DNA of 64,000 nt. Origin: an uncultured Actinomycetota bacterium (lineage in GTDB: Bacteria > Actinomycetota > Actinomycetes > Propionibacteriales > Nocardioidaceae). The stretch is taken from assembly GCA_963696245.1 (NCBI GenBank), contig CAVOJM010000002.1, forward strand, positions 18,776-82,775, in the 5' to 3' direction. Both the position numbers and the translations under genes were made by a program. This document shows, in pieces, positions 20,602 to 32,233 of the stretch. Below the pieces are notes generated by a model. It worked only from the letters and a program-made list of their open reading frames with translations. It made no database searches and had not been told where the DNA came from. Each line of letters begins with the position of its first letter. Position 1 is the stretch's first letter.

Positions 20602-23219
20602 TCAGTGCGTCAGTGCTGCGATCGAGACCGTCTTCGTCGTGGCCTTGCCACGGCTCGGGTCGACCGTGACACTCACCTGGTGCAGCCTGGCCGATCTTGC
20701 GCTTGCCGGCCTTGGTGAGCTTGACCGTGCGCGGTCGAGACCTTGCCCGGCTTGAGCGTCATCGGTGCCCTTGCGCGAGCAGCGGTGCCGCCCGACTTCA
20801 CCTTGACCGAGCCCGTGCCGGGCATCGACGACGCGACGTCGCATGGTCGAGCGACGAGCCGGACCGGTGGACGCTCGCGCGGCCGACGCGGTGACGGAGC
20901 CCGGCTGGACCGTGATCGTCGCCGTACGGCGGAGTTGTTGGTGTCGCCGCGTCGGCCGACGTCGAGCGTCACCGTCGCGGTGTTGACGATCGTCACCGGG
21001 CCAGGCGGTGCCCATGATCTCGCTGGTGGTCCGGTCGTGCAGGCAGAGCAGGTCGATGGTCGCCTTCTTGGCCACCCCGGTGTCGTTGAAGAGCCGGAAC
21101 GCACGGGTCTTGATCCGCGGGTCGTTGCCGAAGTGCTTGACACCCGGCCGGCAGGTGCCAGGTGCCGACGATGCCCTTGGCGTCGTCGGGGCAGCTGATC
21201 TGGAACTCGTCGCCCTCGCTTGGCCGTGTGCACCCGGGACGGTGACCGTCTGGACGACGTGGGTGAACTGAGGTCGTGGGTGTGACCATCGACAGGCGCG
21301 TCGTGGTACGACAGGCAGTGGACGCTCAGGCGTGACCGTCGGTCGTGCGACGGTCGCGTCGACGGTGAACGTCCAGTCGCGCGGGCTGAGTCAGGTCGTA
21401 CTCCGAGCCGGCCAGGGTCGGCGTCGCCCGCCGAAGGCTCGAAGCCCGGCGCGACCGGGATCGTCCCGGACGGGCACGTCAGCATCTTCGGTCGGTCCGA
21501 CCCGTACCGGTAGGTGGCGGTCGACGTGATCAGCGCTCGGTCGACGGAGCTGCGTGCTGGTGGCGTGTTGCCGGAGCCGGTCTGCGAGTCGGCCGCCTCG
21601 GTCTTGGCCGGGCAGGCACGACGATGAAGGCCTTGGCCTGGGCGCGGCCGGTGCGCCGTGTTGCGGATGACGCCCTTCCAGGTGCCCGACCCCGGTGCTC
21701 TGCGAGCTCAGCACCTTGACGGATGCTGGCGACCGTGCCGGTGCCCTGGTCGACCTGGTCGACCCGGAAGTTGCCGTCGCTGAGGATGTCGCCGTCGCGT
21801 GCACGTCAGCGTGACGGTCTTCTCCTGCCGGGCCCCGAGGTCGACCTGCGGCTCCGGTGGTACGGGCGTGAGCCAGTGGGTCGCCTGCGGGTCGCTGGCC
21901 GGACCGGCACCCGCGATCGGGTCGGCGCTCACCGTGATCGGTGACCGACTTCGACGCACCGGCCGCAAGCTTCCCGACGTTGCAGGTGACGGCGCGCCCG
22001 AGCAGGCCGCAGCGCGGCGAGTCGGCGGACACGAAGGTGACGCCGACCGGCAGCGCGTCGCGGATGACGACCCCGGTCGCGTCGCCGCGCCCGAGGTTCG
22101 TCGCCGTCAGCGTGTAGGTGACCGTGTCGCCGCCGTGCGGATCGGCCGTCGACGAGCGGACTTCGTGATCGTCAGGTCCGAGCGTGCCGGGCGTCGTCGG
22201 CGGCGTTCCGGGCACGCACGCGTCGGCTCTGGAAGAGCGGCGAGGTGGGTCTCCTCGGTCGGAGTGAAGCGACTTCGCGATCACCTGGCCGACCGTGTGG
22301 CTCCGTCGTTGCTGACGGTGACCGCCGGCCTTCGGCGCCAGGATCGCTGCCGGCGAAGCGCCTCCCGTTGTTGATGCTGACCGAGTTCGCGTTCGGGAAG
22401 TTCCAGACCAGACCCGTCGGAAGCCGGAAGTTGCCGTCGTCGCCCGACTCTGACCGTCGTCGAGCTGTCGTAGCTGAGCCGCCGACCATGCCCACGATCT
22501 TCGCGGTGAGGCCGAACGGATTGCCCGCGGTCACGTTGACGATGGTGGTCGAGTTGGCCGGCACGTCGATCTGGATCTGCGCGGTTGCCGTCCCGTGACG
22601 TCGGCCTGGGCGTCAGGTTGAAGACGTTGAGGTCGGAGTTGGTGCCCGTGAGCATGCAGCTGGTGGTTGGCGCCGTCGCCAACCGTCGCTGACCGTGCCG
22701 GTCGGCGTGGCAGCGGCCCCACAGTCGCCGACAAGTCCTCAAGCGCGGCGAACGCCGTCGGCGAAGTCGATCGGGGTCGGCGTGCCCGCGAGGAGCGCGC
22801 TGCCACTGCGGCCGCCTGAAGTCGATCGTGCCGTGGGATCCGCCGACATAGGCACTGCCGTGCTTGAGGTTGAACGTTGAGCCGATTGGTTGCCGCCGAC
22901 GACAGGCGGGCAGTCAGTCCGGCGGGAAGGTGCCCGGCCAGGTGGAGCTCCGACGGTCATTCCGCTCGTCGACAGGTTGCCGCCGTAGGCCACCCGGCCC
23001 TCCGACTCGGAGCCGTGCCGGTGACGTTGCCCTCGATGAACTCGGTCCAGCCGGTGGCCGGACCGAGCGCGTTCGATCGGTCGCGTCACGTGCAAGTGCG
23101 CGGTCGTCGCGTCAGCGCGACCGTCGATCGGCGCGGCGACGGCGACGAGTCCGGCAGCAGCGCGAACGCCGACAGGACGAGAAGCGGAATGTGGCGGACG
23201 CGCGCAGAACGCGCAGCAT
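20602..23219 (-). CDS. large secreted protein with choice-of-anchor-A-like N-terminal domain and DUF11-like Ig domains; heavily frameshifted
   Basis: Fragments: SESEGRVAYGGNL, TPIDF, LTGTNSDLNVFNL, STTIVNV, LVWNFPNA; DUF11-like GDTVTYTLTATNLGRGDATGVVIRDALPVGVTFVSA...VTCNVGKLAAGAS; IVNTATV. Start inferred. Confidence 0.6.
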
Positions 23220-23341
23220 GTGCCCCCACGACGGCTACCCCCCAGGTGAGTCGTTACCGCACACGATGGCACGGCTCATCCGAGAGGGTGGGCGCAACCT
23301 CGAAACTTTCCTCAGGTGGACTGGACCCGGGGCGATAGGAC

Positions 23342-24916
23342 CTAGTTGACCGCGCGGCCGCGTCCTTGCCAGTACGGCGAGCGCAGGTCCCGCTTGAGGA
23401 TCTTGCCGGTCGGGTTGCGCGGCAGCGCCTCGATGATGTCGACCGACTTGGGGCACTTGAAGTGCGCGAGGTGGTCGCGGCAGAAGCCGATCAGCTCCGC
23501 CTCGGTCGCCGTCGTGACCGGGATGCAGCGAGACGACGGCCTTGACCGACTCGCCCCACTGTGTCGTCGGGGACGCCGATGACCGCGACCTCCATGACCG
23601 CCGGGTGCTCGGCGAGCACCCGCTCGACCTCGGGCGAGTAGATGTTCTCGCCACCGCTGATGATCATGTCCTTGAGCCGGTCGTCGACGAAGACGAAGCC
23701 CGTCGTCGTCCTGGCGTCCGAGGTCACCGGTGCGGAACCAGCCGTCCGGGGTGATCGCGGCAGCGGTCTCCTCGGGCTTGCCGAGGAACCCCTTCATCAG
23801 CTGCGGGGTGCGCAGCCAGATCTCGCCGTGCTCCCCCGCCGGCACGTCCTCGAGCGTGCCCGGGTCGACGATCCGGACCTCGACCTCGTCGATCGGCTGT
23901 CCGGCGGAGACCAGCCGCTCGGGGTGGTCGAGGTCGCGGTGCGCCTCCGGCAACAGGTGCGTCACCACGCCGGCGACCTCGGTCAGGCCGTAGACCTGGA
24001 GGAAGTCCGTGTCCGGCCAGGCCTCCATCGCCGCGCGCAGCAGCGGCGGGGGCATCGGCGCGGCGCCGTACGTGTAGGTCTTGAGGGCACCGAACAGCTT
24101 CACCGCGTCGGGGCCGGCCTGCAGGACCTGGGCGAGCACCGCCGGCACCAGGAAGGTCCGGTTGGCGCCGGCGAGGATCGCTCCGGCCAGCGACGCGCCG
24201 TCGGGGTCGCGGGTCATGACGCTCGGGAACCCGTCGTGGATGCCGAAGAGGACGTACGACGAGCCGCCGACGTGGAAGAGCGGCATCGCCACCATGCACT
24301 TGTCGCCGGGGTCGAAAGCCCAGCCGCCGTGGGCGTTCAGCGTGTGCTTGACCATGTTGGTGTGGGTCAGCATCACGCCCTTGGGCCGACCGGTCGTGCC
24401 GGACGAGTACATCACCAGGCAGACGTCGTCGGGCTCGACGTCGTCGGGCCGCGACTGCGGTGTCGCCGCGGCCAGCCAGGCTTCGTACTCGTCGCCCTCG
24501 GCGCCCTCCGGGGTCACCTCGATCACCCGCTCGACCGACGGGAGCCGCTCGCGGATCTCCTCGATGAGCGGCATCAGCTCGCGACCGACGAACAGGACGC
24601 GCGCCTTGCAGTCGTTGAGCGCGTAGTCGACCTCGTCGCCCGCCGAGCGCCAGTTGACGATCGCGTTCGCGGCTCCCAGAGATCCAGCAGCCATCGAGAT
24701 CTCGACGCAGGCGGGATGGTTCTTGTCGAGGAAGGACACGATGTCGCCGCGCCCGATCCCCAGCTCACGCAGGCCTCCTGCGGCCCGGCGTACGCGCTCG
24801 TCCCACTCCGCCCAGGTCCAGGTCCGGCCGAGGTAGGTCATCGCCTCCGCGTCCGGTGTGGTCGCGGCCCAGTGGGCCAGGCGGTCGTCGACGAAGCGCG
24901 GCGCGGGTGCGTTCAT
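23342..24916 (-). CDS. long-chain fatty-acid--CoA ligase (compensating frameshifts about 23520-23700)
   Basis: [24 protein letters not shown]; alternative frame [20 protein letters not shown]; [11 protein letters not shown]. Confidence 0.9.
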   Translation of the reverse strand: MNAPAPRFVDDRLAHWAATTPDAEAMTYLGRTWTWAEWDERVRRAAGGLRELGIGRGDIVSFLDKNHPACVEISMAAGSLGAANAIVNWRSAGDEVDYALNDCKARVLFVGRELMPLIEEIRERLPSVERVIEVTPEGAEGDEYEAWLAAATPQSRPDDVEPDDVCLVMYSSGTTGRPKGVMLTHTNMVKHTLNAHGGWAFDPGDKCMVAMPLFHVGGSSYVLFGIHDGFPSVMTRDPDGASLAGAILAGANRTFLVPAVLAQVLQAGPDAVKLFGALKTYTYGAAPMPPPLLRAAMEAWPDTDFLQVYGLTEVAGVVTHLLPEAHRDLDHPERLVSAGQPIDEVEVRIVDPGTLEDVPAGEHGEIWLRTPQLMKGFLGKPEETAAAITPDGWFRTGDLGRQDDDGLRLRRRPAQGHDHQRWREHLLARGRAGARRAPGGHGGRGHRRPRRHSGASRSRPSSRCIPVTTATEAELIGFCRDHLAHFKCPKSVDIIEALPRNPTGKILKRDLRSPYWQGRGRAVN

Positions 24917-24956
24917 CCGCCGAGTGTGGCCGAGGCCACACCGTCGGACAACAGGC

Positions 24957-26191
24957 TCAGCTGCTGCGTTCCAGGTGACGGACGTCGGGCGAGATCAGCA
25001 CGAGGAGCGCAGAGCCGCCCATGATCACGCCGACGACGATCAGCCAGGTGTCGAAGCCGACCAGCTCGGCGATCGGTCCGGTCAGCGCGAGGCCGAGCGG
25101 GCGGGCGACGAACGAGCCGACCAGGTCGAAGGAGTAGACGCGGGCCAGCTTGTCGTCGGGGATGTTCTGCTGGATCGCGGTCTCCCACTGGACGCTGAAG
25201 ATCTGCAGCCCGAGCCCGTGCAGGAACCCGCCGACCAGGATCGGCGCCAGGTGGTCGCTGAACGCGATGGCCAGCGGGAAGCAGGCGGTCAGCGCGAGCA
25301 GGATGGTCCCGACGAAGAGCCCGCGGCGAGGCTTCCACCGCAGGCAGACCAGCCCGCCGACGACGAACCCGGCCATCAGCGTGCCGAGCGCGATGCCCCA
25401 CGAGGACCGACCGAACTGGTCGCCGACCACGATCGGCCCGAGCACGCTCTGCGCCCCGCCGTAGAAGCAGTGGTAGAGCAGCGCCTGCCCGATCAGCAGC
25501 CAGAGCCAGGTGTGTCGCATGACCTCGCGGAAGCCTTCGCCGATGTCGGCGAGCATCGAGGGCCGGACGCCCTCGGGTCGGGTGTGCGGCACCCGGAGCC
25601 GCGAGTAGCAGTACGCCGCGATCGCGAACGTCGTCGCGTCGACGGAGACCGCCCAGCCCGAGCCCACGGTCGAGACGAGGATGCCGCCGAGGGTGAACCC
25701 GATGACGGCGGTGCTCGTCTGCAGGAGGGCGCGCAGCGCGACGGCCCCGCCGAGCACCTCAGGCGGCACGGTCAGGCGGGTCATCGCCGAGGCGGACGGG
25801 CTGCTCAGCGCACCGAGACATCCGGTCAGTGCACCCAGGCCGGCGAGGACCGGGATGGTGGCCCAGCCGTTGATCAGCAGCGACTGCGACCGCGGCCTGG
25901 ATCACGGCGCAGGCCGATCGCCGAGCCCTGCATCATCAGCTGGCGGGCGACCCGGTCCCCGAGCACGCCGCCGAAGAGCAGGGTGACGACCTCGGCGAGC
26001 GAGAACGCGGCGACGACCAGACCGAGCTCGGAGGCGTTTCCGCCCAGATCGAGGACGGCGAAGGCGAGCGCGATCGGCGTGATCGCGTTGCCGAGACCGC
26101 TGGTCGCCGTGCCCCCCACGAGGTAGCGGAAGTCGCGGAACCGCAGCGGCCCGAAGCGGTCGCTCTCGCGTGCGGTGTCCAGGGTCGTCAC
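24957..26191 (-). CDS. MFS transporter (frameshifted near 25880-25930)
   Basis: N-term PLRFRDFR...GGVLGDRVAR (MFS motif A); about 12 hydrophobic segments across two ORFs; divergent from a MarR gene. Confidence 0.85.
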
Positions 26192-26203
26192 TCGACTATT
26201 TAA

Positions 26204-26225
26204 TTCGCTGACGAACTATTCGTCA
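26204..26225. promoter_or_regulatory. putative MarR operator
   Basis: AT-rich intergenic inverted repeat TGACGAA-cta-TTCGTCA (26209-26225), overlapping TTCG-n4-CGAA. Confidence 0.55.
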
Positions 26226-26250
26226 AAGTGCGGAACCCTACGATGACGCC

Positions 26251-26769
26251 ATGCAGGACGCCGTGGAGCAGGATGACTGGGCCGATCGCCACGTCGCGCG
26301 CTGGCGCGACCACTGGGTCGACGTGCCGTTCGAGGACAACGTCGAGGCGATCGTCGTGCGGATCAGCCGGCTGATGCGCCACTTCCGCACGACAACGCAG
26401 CTGGCGCTCGCCGAGGTCGGCCTCCAGGACTTCGAGTACGACACCCTCCACCACCTGATGGTCCGGGACACACCCGGCAAGGCGAGCCCGTCCGCGCTCG
26501 CCGCCGACCTCGGCATCAGCGGCGCCGGGATGACCGGTCGGCTCGACGCCCTGGAGAAGGCCGGCTGGATCCAGCGCCGCGCCGCGGTCGACGACCGGCG
26601 GCGCGTGGAGATCGAGCTCACCAAGGCCGGCGCGGAGATCTGGCGCCGCGCGATCCAGCTGCGCGGCAAGGCCGAGCACGAGGTCGTGCACGCTCTCGAC
26701 CAGGACGAGCGCGTCGTGCTCGCCGGCCTGCTGCGGAAGATGACGCTCGCCGTCGAGGGCAAGGGGTAG
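26251..26769 (+). CDS. MarR family transcriptional regulator
   Basis: SPSALAADLGISGAGMTGRLDALEKAGWIQR...DDRRRVEIELT wHTH. Confidence 0.92.
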   Translation: MQDAVEQDDWADRHVARWRDHWVDVPFEDNVEAIVVRISRLMRHFRTTTQLALAEVGLQDFEYDTLHHLMVRDTPGKASPSALAADLGISGAGMTGRLDALEKAGWIQRRAAVDDRRRVEIELTKAGAEIWRRAIQLRGKAEHEVVHALDQDERVVLAGLLRKMTLAVEGKG

Positions 26770-26829
26770 CCGGCTTTCTTCTCGGGAGTCCAGCGGGATC
26801 TCAGGCTGGTCACAGGAGCGGCGTCCACA

Positions 26830-28116
26830 GTGGAGGACATGAACGACGACACGGCTCCTATCCCGGGCCCCCAGCAGCCCCAGCAGCCGCAGAACCCGTA
26901 CCTCTCCTCCCAGGCGCCCCTCGGGCCGCCCCCGGAGGGGCCGCCGGCCTTCGGTTCGACGACGACGGCGCCGCTGCCCGTCCAGCGTCGACCCCGCAGG
27001 GCCGGTCTCGCCGCCGCGGTCGTCGTGACCGCACTGGTGGTGGGTGGCGCGGCCGGTGTCGGCGGTGCTGCCGCTTGGAGCGCGCTCGACGACGGCAACG
27101 ACTCGAGCGCAGGCAGCCCCGACACCGGCTCGACGTCGCAGGTCGTCGACACCCCCAACTCCCCGGCTCCCGACGGCTCGGTCGAGCAGGTCGCGGCCAA
27201 GGTGCTCCCCTCCGTCGTGAAGATCGACGTGTCCGGCTCCCAGGGCGCCGGCTCCGGTTCGGGCATCATCCTCAGCTCCGACGGCGAGATCCTCACCAAC
27301 AACCACGTCGCCGAGATCGCCGGCGACGGCGGCTCGATGAGCGTCTCGTTCAACGACGGCACGACCGCCAAGGCGACCATCGTCGGCACCGACCCGCTGA
27401 CCGACACCGCGGTGATCAAGGCCGAGGGCGTCTCCGGGCTCACGCCGGCGACGATCGGCAAGTCCGGCGACCTGAGGGTCGGCGAGAGCGTCGTCGCGAT
27501 CGGCTCGCCGTTCGGCCTCGACTCGACGGTCACCAGCGGCATCGTCAGCGCGCTCAACCGCCCGGTGGACGTCGGCAGCGACGGCCAGGGCAACAGCACG
27601 ACGTACCCCGCCATCCAGACCGACGCCGCGATCAACCCCGGCAACAGCGGCGGCGCGCTCGTCGACCTGGCCGGCAACGTCGTGGGCATCAACGCCTCGA
27701 TCCGCACCGCCACCTCCACCGAGGGCGAGGCCGGCTCGATCGGCCTGGGCTTCGCGATCCCGATGGACGAGGTCATGCCGATCGTCGACGAGATGGTCAA
27801 GGGCGAGACCCCGACCCACGCCCGCCTGGGCATCTCGGTCTCGCCGGTCGCCGACCAGTCGTCCGGCGCGCTCGTCAGCGAGGGCGCCGAGATCCAGGCC
27901 GTGAACGCGGGTTCGACCGCCGAGCAGGCCGGCCTGGCCAAGGGCGACATCATCACCAAGGTCGACGACCAGCTGATCAGCGACGCCGACTCGCTGGTCG
28001 CGACCATCCGGTCCTACCGCCCCGGCGACAAGGTCACCGTGACCTACACCCACGACGGTGACAGCAAGACCACCGAGCTCACGCTCGACTCGGACGCGAA
28101 CGCGTCCAACTCCTGA
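26830..28116 (+). CDS. HtrA/DegP-like membrane-anchored serine protease with PDZ domain
   Basis: Pro-rich N-term, TM helix, LTNNHV, DTAVIK, IQTDAAINPGNSGG, C-terminal PDZ. Confidence 0.95.
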   Translation: MEDMNDDTAPIPGPQQPQQPQNPYLSSQAPLGPPPEGPPAFGSTTTAPLPVQRRPRRAGLAAAVVVTALVVGGAAGVGGAAAWSALDDGNDSSAGSPDTGSTSQVVDTPNSPAPDGSVEQVAAKVLPSVVKIDVSGSQGAGSGSGIILSSDGEILTNNHVAEIAGDGGSMSVSFNDGTTAKATIVGTDPLTDTAVIKAEGVSGLTPATIGKSGDLRVGESVVAIGSPFGLDSTVTSGIVSALNRPVDVGSDGQGNSTTYPAIQTDAAINPGNSGGALVDLAGNVVGINASIRTATSTEGEAGSIGLGFAIPMDEVMPIVDEMVKGETPTHARLGISVSPVADQSSGALVSEGAEIQAVNAGSTAEQAGLAKGDIITKVDDQLISDADSLVATIRSYRPGDKVTVTYTHDGDSKTTELTLDSDANASNS

Positions 28117-28168
28117 CTCCTCCTCTCTACCCGAGAACGAGGGAGGGGCGACCGCTTCGGCGGCCGTA

Positions 28169-28217
28169 AGGGCCCCACCGGCGAACAGGTCCGTCTCCCG
28201 TCAGCCGGTGGGGCCCT
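28169..28217. terminator. hairpin between convergent genes (probably bidirectional)
   Basis: agggccccaccggc ... gccggtggggccct, 14-bp perfect stem. Confidence 0.65.
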
Positions 28218-28228
28218 CTTCACGTCCG

Positions 28229-29253
28229 TCAGGGCAGCCGCTTCTGGAACTCGCCCAGCCGGGCGACCGGGACATAGCCGAGCCGCTCGTTGACACCGAT
28301 CATGTGGCCGTTGACCTCGGCGTTGTAGGTGACGATCTCGCCCAGGTCGGGCTGCTCCTCCTGGAGCATGCGGAGGTTGGCGACCTTGACCGCCAGGCCC
28401 AGCCGGTGACCGCGAGCGTTGCGCCGTACGAGCGTGCCCCACTGGTAGGCCCGTCCGGGCTCGTGGACGCTGGTCACGAGGTCGGAGTAGGCCACGACCT
28501 CACCGTCGCCGTCGAGAGCGACGGTGTTGAACTTCGTCCGCCCCTGGGCGGCGACCATGGCCTCGTTCTCGCGGAGCGCCGCGACGCTGGCGACCTCGGG
28601 CTCGCGCTCGATCTCGCCGGTCGGCGCCTCGGTCATCGAGTGTCGAGGTCAGGCGCATCCAGCCGTCCGCGAGCTCGTCGGGAACGGGCCCCGACCCAGG
28701 AGCGCAGGGTGTACGCCGTGTGGTGCGGTGCCGCCTCGGCGGCCAGCTCGTCGAGCAACGCGTCGGAGATCGGCAGCGCGAGCGCGCGCTTCACGTCCGA
28801 GATGCCGAGGGCGTAGCCGTGCGAGCGGGCGAACTCGGCTCCGGCCGCACCGGATCCGTCGGTGCCGGCGTCGTACGACCAGGCAGCCTCGGCCTGCAGG
28901 AGCGTGCGTCCTCGTGCGACTGCCTCGGCCTCGAGGTGGGCAAGCATGGCGGTGCCGTGGCCGCGTCGCTGCGCCTCGGGCAGCACCAGGACGTCGAGCT
29001 CGGCACTGTCCACGTTGTCGAGCAGCGGGGTGCGCATGACGCCGGTCACCACGGCGACGCCGTCGACGGTGCCGAGGAAGGCACCGGTCCAGCGCCGCAC
29101 CGCCTGGTCCTGGAGGACCGTGCGCATCTCGTGGCGCATCCACGGAGACGCCGCTCCGTCGAGCGCGCTCAGGGCGGCGAGGTAGACGTCGTAGGCCGCG
29201 TCGAAGGCGCCGCCTTCGTGCGGGTCGACCGGCTCGATCTCGAGCGCGCTCAT
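28229..29253 (-). CDS. tandem GNAT acetyltransferase (frameshifted about 28635-28690)
   Basis: VLPEAQRRGHGT and TLVRRNARGHRLGLAVK...TYNAEVNGHMIGVNERLGY in two frames. Confidence 0.82.
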
Positions 29254-30959
29254 CGGGTGCGCTGCACCCGGCCCTCGTCCCAGACCGGACCGTCGGACTC
29301 GTAGACCTCGCCGTCCGCGCCGTAGACGAGGAACCGGTCGAAGCCGCGGGCGAACCAGCGGTCGTGGGTGACCGCGAGGACTGTGCCGTCGAAAGCGGCG
29401 AGGCCCTCCTCGAGGGCCTCGGCGGACTGGACGTCGAGGTTGTCGGTGGGCTCGTCGAGCAGCAGCAGCGTCGCGCCGGAGAGCTCGAGCAGCAGGATCT
29501 GGAAGCGCGCCTGCTGGCCGCCGCTCAGCGACTCGAACTTCTGCTCGCCGGCATGCGCCAGCTCGTAGCGGTCGAGCACCCGGGCGGCCTGCTCGCGGCC
29601 CATGCCGGCAGCGGCCGTTGGGCGACCCGTCGCCGCGGTGCAGGATCTCCAGCAGCGTGCGGCCGAGCAGCTCGGGGTGCTCGTGGGTCTGCACGAACCA
29701 GCCGGGGCGCACCCGCGCGCCGAGCTTGGCCTTGCCGGAGTGGGGCACCGGCTTGATGACGCCCTGCCCGTCTTCGTGGCGCCCACCGGGCGGTGCTCGA
29801 CGTCGGGATCGCTGCCGCCGATCGCGAGCAGCCGCAGGAAGTGGGACTTGCCGGAGCCGTTGGAGCCCAGGACAGCCACCCGCTCGCCGTACCAGACCTC
29901 GAGGTCGAAGGGCTTCATCAGCCCGGTCAGCTCGAGGTCCTCGCAGACGACCGCGCGCTTGCCGGTGCGACCACCCTGGAGGCGCATGGTGACCTGCTGC
30001 TCGCGCGGCTGCTCGGTCGGCGGACCGGCCTCCTCGAACTTGCGCAGCCGGGTCTGGGCGGCGCGGTACTGCGAGGCCATGCCGTCGTTGTACTCGGACT
30101 TGATCTTGTAGTGCAGCACCAGCTGCTTGAGCTTCGCGTGCTCCTCGTCCCAGCGCTTGCGCAGCTCCTCGAAGCGCAGGAACCGGTCGCGGCGCGCCTC
30201 GTGGTACGACGCGAAGCCGCCCGGATGCGTCCAGACGGTGTTGCCCGCGTGGCCGAGCTCGACGGTGACCACCCGGGTCGCGGTGTTGTTGAGCAGCTCG
30301 CGGTCGTGGCTGATCATCAGGATCGTCTTGTCGGACTCGCGCACCCTGCCCTCGAGCCAGATCTTGCCCGGCACGTCGAGGTAGTTGTCGGGCTCGTCGA
30401 GCAGCAGCACCTCGTCCGGGCCGCGCAGCAGGAACTCGAGCACCAGCCGCTTCTGCTCACCACCCGACAGGGTGCCGAGGGTGCGGTACTTGGCCCGGTC
30501 GTAGGGCAGCGACAGCGCCGCCATCGTGCAGACGTCCCAGGTGACCTCGACGTCGTAGCCACCGGCGTCGGCGAACTCCGAGAGCGCGTGGGCGTAGCCC
30601 ATCTGCGTCTTCTCGTCGTCGGTCTCCATCAGGGCGAGCTCGTAGCGGTCGACCTCGGCGGCCGCCTCCCGGATCCGCGGCGGCGAGACGCTCAGCAGGA
30701 GGTCGGCCACGGTCGGGTCGTCGCCGATCGCGGCGCCGACGTTCTGGCGCATCACTCCGAGACCGCCCGAGCGGGTCACCGCGCCGGCGTGCGGCACCAG
30801 GTCGCCCGTGATGATCCGCAGCAGGGTCGTCTTGCCCGCGCCGTTGGCGCCCACGAGCGCGACCTTGGCGCCCTCGCCGACCCGGAACGACACGTCGTCC
30901 AGCAGCACTCTTCCGTCGGGGAGCTCATAGCGGACCCCGGCCACGTCTACGTGTCCCAC
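29250..30959 (-). CDS. ABC-F family ATP-binding protein (compensating frameshifts about 29605-29770)
   Basis: Two NBDs: GANGAGKT/LSGGE/LLLDEPDN and GSNGSGKS/LSGGQ/LLLDEPTDNLD; no TM segments. Confidence 0.92.
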   Translation of the reverse strand: MGHVDVAGVRYELPDGRVLLDDVSFRVGEGAKVALVGANGAGKTTLLRIITGDLVPHAGAVTRSGGLGVMRQNVGAAIGDDPTVADLLLSVSPPRIREAAAEVDRYELALMETDDEKTQMGYAHALSEFADAGGYDVEVTWDVCTMAALSLPYDRAKYRTLGTLSGGEQKRLVLEFLLRGPDEVLLLDEPDNYLDVPGKIWLEGRVRESDKTILMISHDRELLNNTATRVVTVELGHAGNTVWTHPGGFASYHEARRDRFLRFEELRKRWDEEHAKLKQLVLHYKIKSEYNDGMASQYRAAQTRLRKFEEAGPPTEQPREQQVTMRLQGGRTGKRAVVCEDLELTGLMKPFDLEVWYGERVAVLGSNGSGKSHFLRLLAIGGSDPDVEHRPVGATKTGRASSSRCPTPARPSSARGCAPAGSCRPTSTPSCSAARCWRSCTAATGRPTAAAGMGREQAARVLDRYELAHAGEQKFESLSGGQQARFQILLLELSGATLLLLDEPTDNLDVQSAEALEEGLAAFDGTVLAVTHDRWFARGFDRFLVYGADGEVYESDGPVWDEGRVQRTR

Positions 30960-31042
30960 GTCGGAGCATTCTCCACCCTCCGGACACGAGCAAGCACCCG
31001 GTTTTGCCGCGCGAGCGGTGCGGCGGGGCATACGTTGCGGCT

Positions 31043-32233
31043 GTGACCGACTCCACTCGCCGCCGAGCCACCGTCCTGGGACTCGCGCTGGCCACCGCCC
31101 TGACCCTCAGCTTCTGTCCCTCGGCCGACGCGACTGTGGCGTCCGCCCACGACACAGTGCCGGAGGTGACCGACCTCGGGCCGACCAGCTTCAGCGTCCC
31201 CGGGCCGTACGCCGTCGGCGAGAGCACCCTCAAGCTGAAGACGAACAAGGCACCGGTGGAGGTGTGGTTCCCCGCGACGTCGGAGTCGGTCGCGGGCAAG
31301 CCCGAGGCGTCGTACGACATGGTCAGCTGGATGCCGGACTGGGTGCAGAAGAGGCTGCCGGCTGATTTCTCACTGACCTATCCGAGCGGTGGCGTCCGGG
31401 GCGTCCCCGTCGCCGAGGGCACCTTCCCGCTCGTGGTCTTCAGCCACGGGTACGCCGGATTCCGCGACCAGTCGTCCTTCCTGACCGCGTGGCTCGCGTC
31501 GTGGGGCTTCGTCGTGGCCGCTCCCGACCAGCACAGCCGCGACATCACCACGGTCCTCAACCTGAACACCCCGCCACCCGGGAAGAAGACGACCGACGTC
31601 GGTGACCTGCGCGCGACCATCACCTTGATGCGCACCCAGAACGCCACGAGCGGCAAACGGTTCTTCGGGCACGTCGACCTGAAGAAGGTCGCCGCGGTCG
31701 GGCACTCGGCCGGCGCAGCCGCCGTCGAGGCGCTGGCCGCGGTCGACCCCCGCGTCGACACCTTCGTGAGCATGGCCGGCGCGTCTGTCGGTGCGTTCGG
31801 CGAGGGCAAGGGCGGCGCATTCTCCAAGCTGCCGAAGGTGCCCGGGATGATCATGGCCGCGAGCGACGACGGCGTCGTGGACAGCTCCGGCCTCGTCAAG
31901 GCCTACGGCAAGCTCAAGAAGCCGAAGCGATTCGTCACGGTCGGCGGCGGGCACCACGCCTTCAGCGACATCTGCGAGATCGGCGCCGGACAGGGTGGTC
32001 TCGTCGCCGTGGCCGAGCTCATCGGTATCCCCGTCTCTGACCAGCTCAAGGCGTTGGCCTCGGACGGGTGCTTCCCACCCGCCCTGCCGCCGACCGAGGC
32101 GTGGCCGGCCATCCGGCAGGCCGTCGTCGCGCAGCTGCGCCACGTCTTCGGCTTCGACACCAGCACCGCCGGGCTCGACGGACTCGTCGAGGCGTTCCCG
32201 GGCGTCGTGTCGGAGAGCAAGAGCGCGGGCTAG
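31043..32233 (+). CDS. secreted alpha/beta hydrolase (dienelactone hydrolase/PAF-AH-like)
   Basis: Signal peptide; PLVVFSHGYAG, LASWGFVVAAPD, GHSAG, His in GGHHAFSD. Confidence 0.85.
   Translation: MTDSTRRRATVLGLALATALTLSFCPSADATVASAHDTVPEVTDLGPTSFSVPGPYAVGESTLKLKTNKAPVEVWFPATSESVAGKPEASYDMVSWMPDWVQKRLPADFSLTYPSGGVRGVPVAEGTFPLVVFSHGYAGFRDQSSFLTAWLASWGFVVAAPDQHSRDITTVLNLNTPPPGKKTTDVGDLRATITLMRTQNATSGKRFFGHVDLKKVAAVGHSAGAAAVEALAAVDPRVDTFVSMAGASVGAFGEGKGGAFSKLPKVPGMIMAASDDGVVDSSGLVKAYGKLKKPKRFVTVGGGHHAFSDICEIGAGQGGLVAVAELIGIPVSDQLKALASDGCFPPALPPTEAWPAIRQAVVAQLRHVFGFDTSTAGLDGLVEAFPGVVSESKSAG

Noticed and set aside
28633-29748. 371-aa ORF joining an ABC-F segment to a GNAT
   Set aside because: Chimera of frameshifted ABC-F sequence, out-of-frame filler and the real GNAT starting at 29253.
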